Part shown: positions 1 to 12,300 of the stretch, one piece after another
How the letters are laid out: the number at the start of each line of letters is the position of its first letter
How positions within the stretch are numbered: position 1 is the stretch's first letter
Source: Macrostomum hystrix
Lineage: Eukaryota; Animalia; Platyhelminthes
Reading direction: 5' to 3'
Assembly: GCA_950097015.1 (NCBI GenBank)
Contig: CATNEN010000009.1
Span: 1,488,001-1,552,000, forward strand
Length of the DNA stretch: 64,000 nt
Notes under the pieces: model-generated
Database searches by the model: none
Seen by the model: only the letters and a program-made list of their open reading frames with translations
Told to the model about the DNA's origin: nothing
Program-made: the position numbers and the translations under genes

Positions 1-29
1 AGGCGCTGGAGTTCAGCGGTGAGCGAAGA

Positions 30-472
30 CTGGCCGGATTCGGGATCTGGATTTTCAGTTTGGGGATTTTTAATCTGGATGCTCAGTTTAAGGGTTTTGA
101 ATCTGGATGCTCAGTATGGGGATTTTGAATCTGGATGCTCAGTATGGGGATTTGGGATCTGGATGCTCAGTATGGGGATTTTGAATCTGGATGCTCAGTA
201 TGGGGATTTGGGATCTGGATGCTCAGTTTGGGGATTTTGAATCTGGATTCTCAGTTTGGGGATTTTGAATCTGGATGCTCAGTATGGGGATTTGGGATCT
301 GGATGCTCAGTATAGGGATTTGGGATCTGGATGCTCAGTATAGGGATTTGGGATCTGGATGCTCAGTATAGGGATTTGGGATCTGGATGCTCAGTATGGG
401 GATTTGGGATCTGGATGCTCAGTATAGGGATTTGGGATCTTGATGCTTAGTATGGGGATTTGGGATCTGGAT
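30..472. repeat. Minisatellite, 28-29 bp (GGATGCTCAGTATRGGGATTTKGRATCT), in an RCC1 intron
   Basis: About 15 copies, ending about 30 nt before the acceptor at 500. Confidence 0.92.
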
Positions 473-500
473 AATTTAACATTTTCTCCCGTGTGGCCAG

Positions 501-949
501 GCCGCCAGTGGCAGGAGGTGAGCTCCGGGCAGCACCACACTGTGGCGCTGGACTCGGCCGGCCGGGTGTTCGCCTGCGGCCGTGGCGAGTACGGCCGTCT
601 GGGCCGCGGCCGCGCAGCCGGGGAAGCCGCCAGCGCCAGGCTGGAGCCGGTGGCGACGTCGGCGGACCCGGCCGAGGATGGCGACAATGCTGAAGGCCTC
701 GGCGAGCGTCGCTGCGTGGCCGTTGCCTGCGCCACCGCCAGCAGCTTCTGCCTCGGTGCCGACGGCGCCGCATTCGCCTGGGGCATGGGCAGCAACAAGC
801 AGCTCGGCCACGGCGTGGAAGACTCGGACGCCAGCGCCCCGGCCCGCATGGACGGCAAGCAGCTGGACGGCCTGCGCGTCATCGGCATCAGCGGCGGCGG
901 TCAGCACGTTGTTCTACTGGCCGTTGAGGCCAATAACAACAGCCTGTGA
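501..949 (+). CDS. RCC1: RCC1 (regulator of chromosome condensation 1), last coding exon; upstream exons lie outside the window
   Basis: Acceptor CCAG at 499-500 (phase 1), stop TGA 947-949. The translation (VSSGQHHTVALDSAGRVFACGRGEYGRLG...AFAWGMGSNKQLGHG...ARMDGKQLDGLRVIGISGGGQHVVLLA) matches the recalled C-terminal RCC1 blades of vertebrate RCC1 (FAWGMGTNYQLGTG...[25 protein letters not shown]). Confidence 0.92.
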
Positions 950-1540
950 GTGCCGCCGGTTCTGCTTCGAGTCCGTTGCTATGGAAACCGGATGTGAAGC
1001 AAAATACTCGATTCCTAAAATTATTCAATTTTTTCTTTGAGCTGTTCTCAAGCCCTGTAATATTTGTGTGCTCAGAACTCAGTTTAACATGGCATTTTGC
1101 TTCTCTCGCTCTCTCTCTGACCTCTCCGAGTTGCTAAGCCTGCTGTAATTCTCCAACTTTACTACTGCTCAAGTAGCATGATCTGCTTTGTGCGCATTTG
1201 TGAGCTTGCAATTTATAAATCGTATTTATATTTTATAAATCTCAGCTGCGCTAATTCTTCCCAGCCTTCTAAATCAGAATGAGCTGGCTCAGTTTTTACT
1301 ATTCTATTTTTATTTTATACAATTTTCCGATTGCGATTGTTACATGCGCGAATTATTGCACTTTTAAACACTATTTTTATGAACCCCTCGCAACAAAACT
1401 GCGGGTATAATATAATTGCTGCAATAAGTTATCTCAATTTGTGCTATCCGATAATTTAACAGCTGGCGGCGAATATTGAGGCTTGCACTTCAACACGTCA
1501 TCACATCTTTTAGCGGCGTGAAAAATATTTTTTTGCTTTT

Positions 1541-2705
1541 TAGAGGAGAGGATAGACTGGGACAGGATAGTTAGACTGGGAGAGCAGAGGGTAGACTGGG
1601 AGAGGAGAGGATAGACTGGGACAGGATAGGTAGACTGGGAGAGCAGAGGGTAGACTGGGAGAGGAGAGGATAGACTGGGACAGGATAGGTAGACTGGGAG
1701 AGGAGAGGGTAGACTGGGAGAGAAAGGGTACTGTGGGAGAGGAGAGGGTAGACTGGGACAGGATAGGTAGACTGGGAGAGGAGAGGCTAGACTGGGAGAG
1801 GATGGGTAGACTGGGAGAGAAAGGGTGGAGTGGGAGAGGGGAGGGTAGACTGGGACAGGATAGGTAGACTGGGAGAGGAGAGGCTAGACTGGGAGAGGAG
1901 AGGATAGACTGGGACAGGATAGGTAGACTGGGAGAGGAGAGGGTAGACTGGGAGAGAAAGGGTACTGTGGGAGAGGAGAGGGTAGACTGGGAGAGGAGAG
2001 GGTAGACTGGGAGAGAAAGGGTAGACTGGGACAGGATGGGTAGACTGGGAGAGAAAGGGTGGAGTGGGAGAGGGGAGGGTAGACTGGGAGAGGGGAAGGT
2101 AGACTGGGAGAGGGGAGGGTAGACTGGGAGAGGGGAAGGTAGACTGGGAGAGGGGGGGGTAGATTGGGAGAGGGGAGGGTAGACTGGGAGAGGGGAGGGT
2201 AGACTGGGAGAGGAGAGGGTAGACTGGGACAGGATAGGTAGACTGGGAGAGGAGAGGCTAGACTGGGAGAGGATGGGTAGACTGGGAGAGAAAGGGTGGA
2301 GTGGGAGAGGGGAGGGTAGACTGGGACAGGATAGGTAGACTGGGAGAGGAGAGGCTAGACTGGGAGAGGAGAGGATAGACTGGGACAGGATAGGTAGACT
2401 GGGAGAGGAGAGGGTAGACTGGGAGAGAAAGGGTACTGTGGGAGAGGAGAGGGTAGACTGGGAGAGGAGAGGTTAGACTGGGAGAGAAAGGGTAGACTGG
2501 GACAGGATGGGTAGACTGGGAGAGAAAGGGTGGAGTGGGAGAGGGGAGGGTAGACTGGGAGAGGGGAAGGTAGACTGGGAGAGGGGAGGGTAGACTGGGA
2601 GAGGGGAAGGTAGACTGGGAGAGGGGAGGGTAGATTGGGAGAGGGGAGGGTAGACTGGGAGAGGGGAGTGTAGACTGGGAGAGGAGTGGGTAGGCTGGTA
2701 CAGGA
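1541..2705. repeat. G-rich minisatellite, 19-20 bp (GACTGGGAGAGGRGAGGGTA)
   Basis: Direct periodicity between RCC1 and TMEM268. Confidence 0.95.
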
Positions 2706-3194
2706 GAGGGCTGCGGAGTAAATGTATTGCAGGATCAGCTAAGATTTCAGTTCTGCCTCATCGGCGGGGGATGGCGCAGATCCCATAGCCAAGATCCCAA
2801 CTGTGGATATGCGGTGTATCAGTTTTTCAGGCTGGACTCACAGAGTGGCTCTCAGTTTGAGTAAGTGCCCAGGTGAGCTGAGTTGCATTAGCCGCTACAG
2901 TTGCGCGTACACTGCAGAGCGGCCTGCAGTCCATTATCCATCAGGTACTGTGGCCGATGGGATAAAGGCCAGACACCCTGACCAGGCTGCGGCTGGTGGC
3001 GGGGGACTTGTCTTGCGGCCAATTGATGACGGTGGCGATCGTAGAGTCTAACTGACCAATGAGAGAGTTGCTGGGGGCATGTAAAACAGTTAACTAAGGG
3101 GATAATTCCCATGCGTGTTTTTGCCCTGAGCTCCAGCATCATGGCCGCTCTGATTCCTGCAGACAGAGTCCGGCTGGTCTGCGAGACCGTTCCC

Positions 3195-3393
3195 ATGGTA
3201 ACCGTCTCCGGGTCCGGCTGCGGTCGGCTGCCTCCGGGCCTCAGCCCCATCGTTGAGGAGCCGCAGCCGCTGCTTTCGCCATCGTCAGAACACGACGAGG
3301 AGGACGACGATGGTAGCGGCTGCGACTCCAGCGAAGAGCGCTTCACGGAGGTGGCCGCCACGAGCTGCGACCTGCAGCCATCGACTCACTACC
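3195..3393 (+). CDS. TMEM268: TMEM268 coding exon 1 (acidic, Ser/Pro-rich N-terminus)
   Basis: Acceptor CCTGCAG ends at 3162, in-frame ATG at 3195, donor GTGAGT at 3394. Phase 1 matches the exon at 6097. Confidence 0.7.
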
Positions 3394-6300
3394 GTGAGTA
3401 ACCTGACTCCGGTCTTCAGGGGTCCTTCAGCTGTGCTCTTCCAGATCCTTCAGCTGAGCTGTCCCAGATCCTTCAGCTGAGCTGTCCCAGATCCTTGAGT
3501 GTGGTATCCCAGATCCTTCAGCTGTGCTCTTCCACGTCCTTGAGCTGTGGTATCCCAGATCATTTAGCTGTGCTCTTCCACGTCCTTGAGCTGTGGTATC
3601 CCCGATCCTTCAGCTGTGCTCTTCCACGTCCTTGAGCTGTGGTATCCCAGATCATTCAGCTGTGCTCTTCCACGTCCTTGAGCTGTAGTATCCCCGATCC
3701 TTCAGCTGCGGTGTCGCTGAAAGGCCAAACAACACCGATGCCTTTTCTGGTCAGCAAGTCATTGCTAGTACTCGTAAATTTTGAGACAGGAAATGGCCAG
3801 AAACGAATTCCACGTTGAGGAAATTTTTCCAGCTTGTGCCTTGTCGATGCCTCGGTGCTGAGATCATCTCAATAGTTTATGTGGCAGCTGCAGCCGCCAC
3901 TTCAACAGGTGGGGTTGGTGGCAGCCAGTTCATCTAGTTGATGGCGGGCGCTGAGTCGTTTGAGCCGAGCGGCTAGACCTATTTCCAGGAAATCACTGCT
4001 CCCCGTGAGATGAGGCCAGAGCAGATCAGGCCTCAAATTGAGCCCCGCAGCAGCAGCCGAGCAGACTGGCTTCCTGCGAGGTGTCAGTGATGGATGAGGC
4101 TGCGGAATTCCTTTGCAATTTCTGTCTTCAGAGCAGCTGGAGAGAAAATCCGGGAAATTAGATAAAGGCTTGAAAGAGAATTCGGCCTTTTTAACCGATT
4201 GCGAGGCCCGCTTGGCAACAGAATAGTGAGCACTTGTTTGCCAATGAATATTCTTCCTTTTCCCCTTAGTTGATTTTTTAATCGCCATTTCCTCCCAAAT
4301 TTCCACTCGAAAATTCTAAACTTTTTCAGAAATTCCCCAGCTTAAAATATCCCTTCCTTCTTTAGGTAATATATTAGAAGTCGAGGAGACAATTAGTGAG
4401 GCCAAATACAGGCATGGAAGGGAGTATTTTAAGCAGGGGATTTTTTTAGAGCCAGCGGTATGGAATTAATAATCGACCGGAGGTCCCCCGGTTTCAAATA
4501 GCTCCCATTACTGCGGAGGGAGCTATTGGCAAACAGATGCCAAGCTGTCTACACGCCCCTGCTGCTGCAGCTGCCGAACACTCCCGACATTCCTCCCAAA
4601 GAAGCTTGTCTTGTCTTTGCGTGTCGCATGGCCGCCGGGGCATCATTCTTCCTGGCCTGCAGCAAGGGCACAGCCGGAGAGACAGTCCGGAGGCCTCCTG
4701 ACCGCTGGAGCGGAAAGCATAAGAAGCTTGGCCGGTGCGCCGAGGCCCAAGTTTTTGCACAGCTCCCCGAGCGAAACCAGAATAGGAGATTGGGGCTGGC
4801 GGACTGGCGGAGCGTAAAATATATTGGGCAGAGATTAGGAGGGAGAGATTGGGGAAAGATGGAGGGCCTGCGTCCCTGCATTTTGGGAAAAATATAAAGT
4901 GGCTGTTCGATAGCGACGACTTCAGAGTCGGATTAAGCACTTTTCATTGTCCACCATCGTGCACCATCTTGCAGCTCTTGTTTCAGACGTGAGCAGTAAG
5001 AAGACTGCATGGTTAAAAACAACTGATTAACTTTTTTTAATTCCTTTGGAGTGAGGTTGGTGTGTAGTGAGGTTGATGTGGAGTGAGGTTGATGTGGAGT
5101 GAGGTTGGGGTGGAGTGAGGTTGGTGTGGAGTGGGGTTGATGTGGAGTGAGGTTGGGGTGGAGTGACGTTGGTGTGTAGTGAGGTTGATGTGGAGTGAGG
5201 TTGATGTGGAGTGAGGTTGGGGTGGAGTGAGGTTGGTGTGGAGTGAGGTTGATGTGGAGTGAGGTTGGGGTGGAGAGGGGTTTGTGTGGAGTGGGGTTGA
5301 TGTTGAGTGAGGTTGGTGTGGAGTGAGGTTGATGTGGAGTGAGGTTGGGGTGAAGTGGGGTTAGTGCGGAGTGGGGTTGATGTGGAGTGAGGTTTGTGTG
5401 GAGTGGGGTTGGTCTGGAGTGAGGTTGGTGTGGAGTGGGGTTGGTGTGGAGTGAGGTTGATTTGAAGTGGGGCTGGTGTGGATTAAGGTTGGTTTGGAGT
5501 GAGGTTGGTGTGGAGTGAGGTTGGTGTGGAGTGGGGTTGGTGTGAATTGCGGTTGATGTGGATTGGGGCTGGTGCGTGAACTCAGTGCTGTAAGAAATAA
5601 ATGTGTGGTGTTTCTATTCTTTCTAAATCAATTTCACACCTTTCTGCACAGAAAGGTAAGAAACTGTGTGGCTGAAAATTGATTCGCACACAGTTAACAT
5701 ATTGAGTGACTTGAATCCCAGCCAGCGGGGAGTCCCAGCTGGGTCCATCGACAGTCCGCTTCGATTAGGAGAGTTCAATGTCTGTTTTAATCTCTACATT
5801 CCGCTCCATCCCAGGACTCGATGCGCCGGTCTTTGGTTTGACACCGCGGGGCAGCTGACCTCTCCCTGTTCTAAAAAGTCCCTCCCACATTCTGCTAGTC
5901 TCGTCCTCACTAATACGGAGGTTGGTCTGCTAAGCTCTCAGACTGACATTCAGTGAGGGTAAAAAACTACCCAATAGCTCTGTGGTGTCTTAAAATGAAA
6001 GAAAGCTGTTCTGGCTAGTTAAATTCCAACTTTTTTGCGTCACGAAATCGTCAGAACTATTTTTTCTATAATAATCTGAATTTCTGTGAATTCCAGCTCT
6101 CATCAACGGATCAATTGTCTGGCTTAACAAGCCGTCGATTTTCTGCTGTTCGGCAAGGATCGATCCGTTGTCCATGCCCTGTGAGCTGCAACAGTTTCAG
6201 GTAGGCAAGTGAGGTGGCTGCGGAGGGAGGTGACTGCGAAGGAAGGTCGATGCGTAGTGAGGTGGCTGCGGAGTGAGGTGGCTGCGGAGTGAGGTGGCTG

Positions 6301-9300
6301 CAGAGTGAGGTGGCTGCAGAGTGAGGTGGCTGCAGAGTGAGGTGGCTGCAGAGTGAGGTGGCTGCAGAGTGAGGTGGCTGCAGAGTGAGGTGGCTGCGAA
6401 AGGAGGTGGCTGCATTGGGAGGTGGCCAATGGTATTTTGAGCCTGTGCATTCGCAGGTGTCTCAGAGCGAATACTGCGAAGTGGTCGACCTGTTGAGGCG
6501 CGACCCGAAGGTCCGCTGCGCCACCCTGCTGTTTAATCGGGTGTTCCAGTACAGCCTGCTCATCGGACTCAGCCTGGGGTTGTGGACCGCTGGCACTCTG
6601 AGCTGGCGCTTCAGTGAGTTAATTAGTTTATCATGTAGAATTCAAATCAGAAAATTGCTTTAATTTATTGCCTATTGCTAGCAGTGCAGGATAAATTGTG
6701 GAATATTTAATGAGCTAACTTAAGTAGCCATGACTAAGGTTTATTAATCCGTCAGGTTTGGTTTGAAAATATGCCATTATCATTTATTTGCCTTTTATTT
6801 AATTTGCTGAAATCCGTGTCTCAACAACACCTGCTAGACGGTCTCCGATCTGACCTGGGCATCGGCATGTTCTTCATCATCGCCTGGCTGTTCTTTGTGG
6901 CCGGCCTGCTGGTCTGGAAACTGCTCAGAACCCGGGTGAGGCTGAGCTATTGACTCACTAACCCACTGACCCACTGACTCACTGACCCACAGACTCACTG
7001 TAGCACTGACTCACTGACCCACTGACTCACTGTAGCACTGACTCACTGACTCACTGATCCACTGACTCACTGTAGCACTGACTCACTGACTCACTGACCC
7101 ACTGACTCACTGTAGCACTGACTCACAGACCCACTGACTCACTGTAGCACTGACTCACTAACCCACAGACTCACTGTAGCACTGACTCACTGACCCACAG
7201 ACTCACTGTAGCACTGACTCACTGACCCACTGACTCACTGTAGCACTGACTCACTGACCCACAGACTCACTGTAGCACTGACTCACTGACCCACAGACTC
7301 ACTGTAGCACTGACTCACTGACCCACTGACTCACTGTAGCACTGACTCACTGTAGCACTGACTCACAGACCCACTGACTCACTGTAGCACTGACTCACTG
7401 ACCCACTGACTCACTGTAGCACTGACTCACAGACCCACTGACTCACTGTAACACTGACTCACTGACCCACAGACTCACTGTAGCACTGACTCACTGACCC
7501 ACTGACTCACTGTAGCACTGACTCACTGACTCACTGACCCACTGACTCACTGTAGCACTGACTCACTGACTCACTGACCCACAGACTCACTGTAGCACTG
7601 ACTCACTGACCCACTGACTCACTGTAGCACTGACTCACTGACCCACAGACTCACTGTAGCACTGACTCACTGACCCACAGACTCACAGACCCACTGACTC
7701 ACTGTAGCACTGACTCACTGACTCACTGACTCACTGTAGCACTGACTCACTGACTCACTGACTCACTGTAGCACTGACTCACTGACCCACTGACTCACTG
7801 TAGCACTGACTCACTGACCCACTGACTCACTGTAGCACTGACTCACTGACTCACTGACTCACTGTAGCACTGACTCACTGACTCACTGACTCACTGACCC
7901 ACAGACTCACTGTAGCACTGACTCACTGACCCACAGACTCACTGTAGCACTGACTCACTGACCCACAGACTCACTGTAGCACTGACTCACTGACCCACTG
8001 ACTCACTGTAGCACTGACTCACTGACTCACTGACCCACTGACTCACTGTAGCACTGACTCACTGACCCACTGACTCACTGTAGCAATGACTCACTGATCA
8101 CTGACTCACTGACCCACAGACTCACTGTAGCACTGACTCACTGGCCCACTGACTCACTGACTCACTGACTCAGTGATCTATTAAGGCAGCAAGCTCTAAA
8201 ACCTGTGTTATAAAAAATGTGTTTTATGAAATCTGCCCACCTTAGTGATACTTTCGGCAACGTAGATAAAAGTAAAACTAATTTACTAAGAACGGAATGA
8301 GAACCTACCGATGGTAGGCCGCTGAAATTCTCGCTGAGTTTCAAAAATAAATAATTTTCACTGAAACAAACTGCTCAGACTCGGGGTGTCCGGTCTCGGG
8401 TCACCGTGCATTGCTCAGCACTGATTAAATAACTGGCGAATAGCCTGCAGCATTACTGCTCAACTGACTGCTCAGATAAACAGGGCAGGAACTGGGCAGG
8501 CTGCAGCTAGAGAACAGATGAGCAGTACTCTATTGAGATGATACGAACGAGAAGAATAGGATAAGTAAAGAAGCATAGGGTAAGTAGAGAAGATGGGGTA
8601 GATAGAGAAGCATAGGGTAGGTAGAGAAGCGTACGTTAGGAAGAGAAGCATAGGGTAGGTAGAGAAGCATAGGGTAGGTAGAGAAGCATAGGGTAGGTAG
8701 AGAAGCATAGGTTAGGAAGAGAAGCATAGGTTAGGAAGAGAAGCATAGGGTAGGTAGAGAAGCATAGGGTAGGTAGAGAAGCATAGGTTAGGAAGAGAAG
8801 CATACGTTAGGAAGAGAAGCATAGGTTGGGAAGAGAAGCATAGGTTAGGTAGAGAAGCATAGGTTAGGAAGAGAAACATAGGTTAGGTAGAGAAGCATAG
8901 GTTAGAAGAGAAACATTTGTTAGGTAGAGAAGCATAGGTTAGGAAGAGAAGCATAGGTTAGGAAGAGAAGCATAGGTTAGGTAGAGAAGCATAGGTTAGG
9001 AAGAGAAACATAGGTTAGGTAGAGAAGCATAGGTTTGGTAGAGAAGCATAGGTTAGGAAGAGAAGCATAGGTTAGGTAGAGAAGCATAGGTTAGGAAGAG
9101 AAGCATAGGTTAGGTGGAGAAGCATAGGTTAGGAAGAGAAGCATAGGTTAGGAAGAGAAGCATAGGTTAGGAAGAGAAGCATAGGTTAGGTAGAGAAGCA
9201 TAGGTTAGGTAGAGAAGCATAGGTTAGGTAGAGAAGCATAGGTTTGGTAGAGAAGCATAGGTTAGGAAGAGAAGCATAGGTTAGGTAGAGAAGCATAGGT

Positions 9301-12300
9301 TAGGAAGAGAAGCATAGGTTAGGTGGAGAAGCATAGGTTAGGAAGAGAAGCATAGGTTAGGAAGAGAAGCATAGGTTAGGAAGAGAAGCATAGGTTAGGT
9401 AGAGAAGCATAGGTTAGGTAGAGAAGCATAGGTTAGGAAGAGAAACATAGGTTAGGTGGAGAAGCATAGGTTAGGTAGAGAAGCATAGGTTAGGTAGAGA
9501 AGCATAGGTTAGGAAGAGAAGCATAGGTTAGGAAGAGAAACATAGGTTAGGTGGAGAAGCATAGGTTAGGAAGAGAAGCATAGGTTAGGAAGAGAAGCAT
9601 AGGTTAGGAAGAGAAGCATAGGTTAGGTAGAGAAGCATAGGTTAGGTAGAGAAGCATAGGTTAGGTGGAGAAACTTAGTTTGGATGGAGCTGAAAACAGC
9701 AATGGGCAGGTGGCTGAGCAGGTTGAGCAGTGCTCTGAAGGCATGGCGTGTCAGCATTGCAGGCATTGAAATGCAATCAGTCGGGCTGCCTTTCGAGAAG
9801 CAAATTTCAAAAGCTTTTCACAGACTCTGCGGCCCATATGAGCTGGGATTTGAGACGCAATTTATTTTGAAAGCCGACTCAACCTCAGCATCTGCGGCTG
9901 CGTCTCAAATGGTAAAAATGTGGGATTTTTCCTCAATTTTCCAGGAATCTTATTTCCTGCGATTTTGCGCCACTGCACACAGCTCAATTTTTATGTCTGA
10001 TCACACAGTGTCTAAATCTCAGTGTATTTCACGGACAGTCTCATCTATCTCACAGTCTGTCTCATCTATCTCACAGTCTGTCTCATCTATCTCACAGTCT
10101 GTCTCATCTGTCTCACAGTCTGTCTCATCTATCTCACAGTCTGTCTCATCTGTCTCACAGTCTGTCTCATCTATCTCACAGTCTGTCTCATCTGTCTCAC
10201 AGTCTGTCTCATCTATCTCACAGTCTGTCTCATCTGTCTCACAGTCTGTCTCATCTATCTCACAGTCTGTATAATCTGTCTCACAGTCTGTCTCATCTAT
10301 CTCACAGTCTGTCTCATCTATCTCACAGTCTGTCTCATAAATATCTCACAGTCTGTCTCATCTATCTCACAGTCTGTCTCATCTATCTCACAGTCTGTAT
10401 AATCTGTCTCACAGACAGTCCCATCTGTCTCACAGTCTGTCTCATCTATCTCACAGTCTGTCTCATCTGTCTCACAGTCTGTCTCATCTATCTCACAGTC
10501 TGTATAATCTGTCTCACAGTCTGTCTCATCTATCTCACAGTCTGTCTCATCTATCTCACAGTCTGTCTCATAAATATCTCACAGTCTGTCTCATCTATCT
10601 CACAGTCTGTCTCATCTATCTCACAGTCTGTATAATCTGTCTCACAGACAGTCCCATCTGTCTCACAGTCTGCCTCATCTATCTCACAGACAGTCCCATC
10701 TATCTCACAGACAGTCCCATCTATCTCACAGACAGTCCCATCTATCTCACAGACAGTCCCATCTATCTCACAGACAGTCTCATCTACGCTCGTATGTCAT
10801 TTCAGATGTCCGGCCACTCCAGGCGGCTCAACGTGCACGTGAACAAGCTGCTTCTGAGACGAAAAATGCTACTCACCGTACTGGACTATGAGTACCTCAG
10901 CTGCTCCTGCGACATCCTCACTGTATCCTTTGCTCAGCTGTGCGCGGCTTAAAATGCACTCGAATGTACACAAACAGCACACAGCTGTACACAAACAGCA
11001 CTTGACTGTACACAAACAGCATGCAGCTGTACACAAACAGTACTTGACTGTACACAAACAGCATGCAGCTGTACACAAACAGCACTTGACTGTACACAAA
11101 CAGCATGCAGCTGTACACAAACAGCATGCAGCTGTACACAAACAGCACTTGACTGTACACAAACAGCATGCAGCTGTACACAAACAGCATGCAGCTGTAC
11201 ACAAACAGCATGCAGCTGTACACAAACAGCACTTGACTGCTCACAGTCAACCCCGGTCAAATTCCAGTTCTGATCAGCTAATTCTGTTGGCAAGTAAGGC
11301 CAGGCACACGCACAGCATCAGGAAGGTGTTGCTAAAAGTTCTCACCCAGTCTATTAGCTAAGTGCTCTGTGCAGGCTTAGGCGCGAAGAAGCGATCAAAA
11401 AACTGCTTTATACACTTGGGAGCTCGGCCGGCCCCTCAAAATGGACTGGCGGGGTGGGGGGTTGAGTGGCAGGCCTGAGTGCCCGCTGAGTGAAGGAGAA
11501 ATGATTGAGAAAGTCCACCTGCTTTCTAGGAAAAAAAACTGCAGCAGCTTAGGGACCGGCCGCAATAGAGCAGCGAAAACACGAATCTACTGTGGAATCC
11601 CCTTAAATCCGTGCCTACTTCCCGCTTTGAGCACCAACTCAACCTGGAAATTCAAGGCTAGGTCCCTGCTCATGCGATGTCTGAATTAAAAAAAATACGA
11701 TCTGCTCAGCACACAGTTCTCTTTAAATTATCCTTAACTCAAACACCGTGAAATCCTCATTGAACTCGGCTGTACGTCACCATAGGTGGCCGTCCTGTAC
11801 TTTGATCCCGAGCCTTGTCTGGTGAGAAATCCCTACCTGACACCTGCCCGATGTACTTTTATGCTGCCTGCTAATTTAGCTTATAATCCGCCTTCATTTG
11901 TCACCCAGGAGCACCTCACTGAACTGTTCGACCGGCCTGAGCTGCTGGCCAAGGCTCGATTCTCCAAGAAGGTAAATCACTTTCTAATTACTTCCCCACT
12001 GCCAACTGACAGACTGTCCACTGCCTTCTGTCAGACTGTCCACTGCCTCCTGACAGACTGTCCTCTGCCTCCTGACAGACTGTCCACTGCCTCCTGACCG
12101 ACTGTCCACAGACAGACCCACCGCCCCGCCCCGTCCCACCCGTCCATCAGCTCACTCGCATCATTCAGCAAGTACGTGGCTCAGCTGCTGCTCAGCCACC
12201 GGACCCCAGCTCCACCGCGCTGCTCGGCTCCGAGTCGCTGCGATTGCCGCGGCCGCAGCCGCCGCCTCCGCCTTCATCGGAGCCTTCGCGAGCGACAGCC

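Noticed and set aside
946-951. GTGAGT overlapping the RCC1 stop as a donor for an RCC1-TMEM268 fusion
   Set aside because: Phase 2 versus phase 1 at 3163 gives a frameshift and early stop, and the RCC1 homology ends here anyway.
8570-9675. Interstitial telomere (TTAGG in each unit; also CTAACCCT in 38370-39290)
   Set aside because: Isolated motifs within longer units, not tandem TTAGG or TTAGGG.
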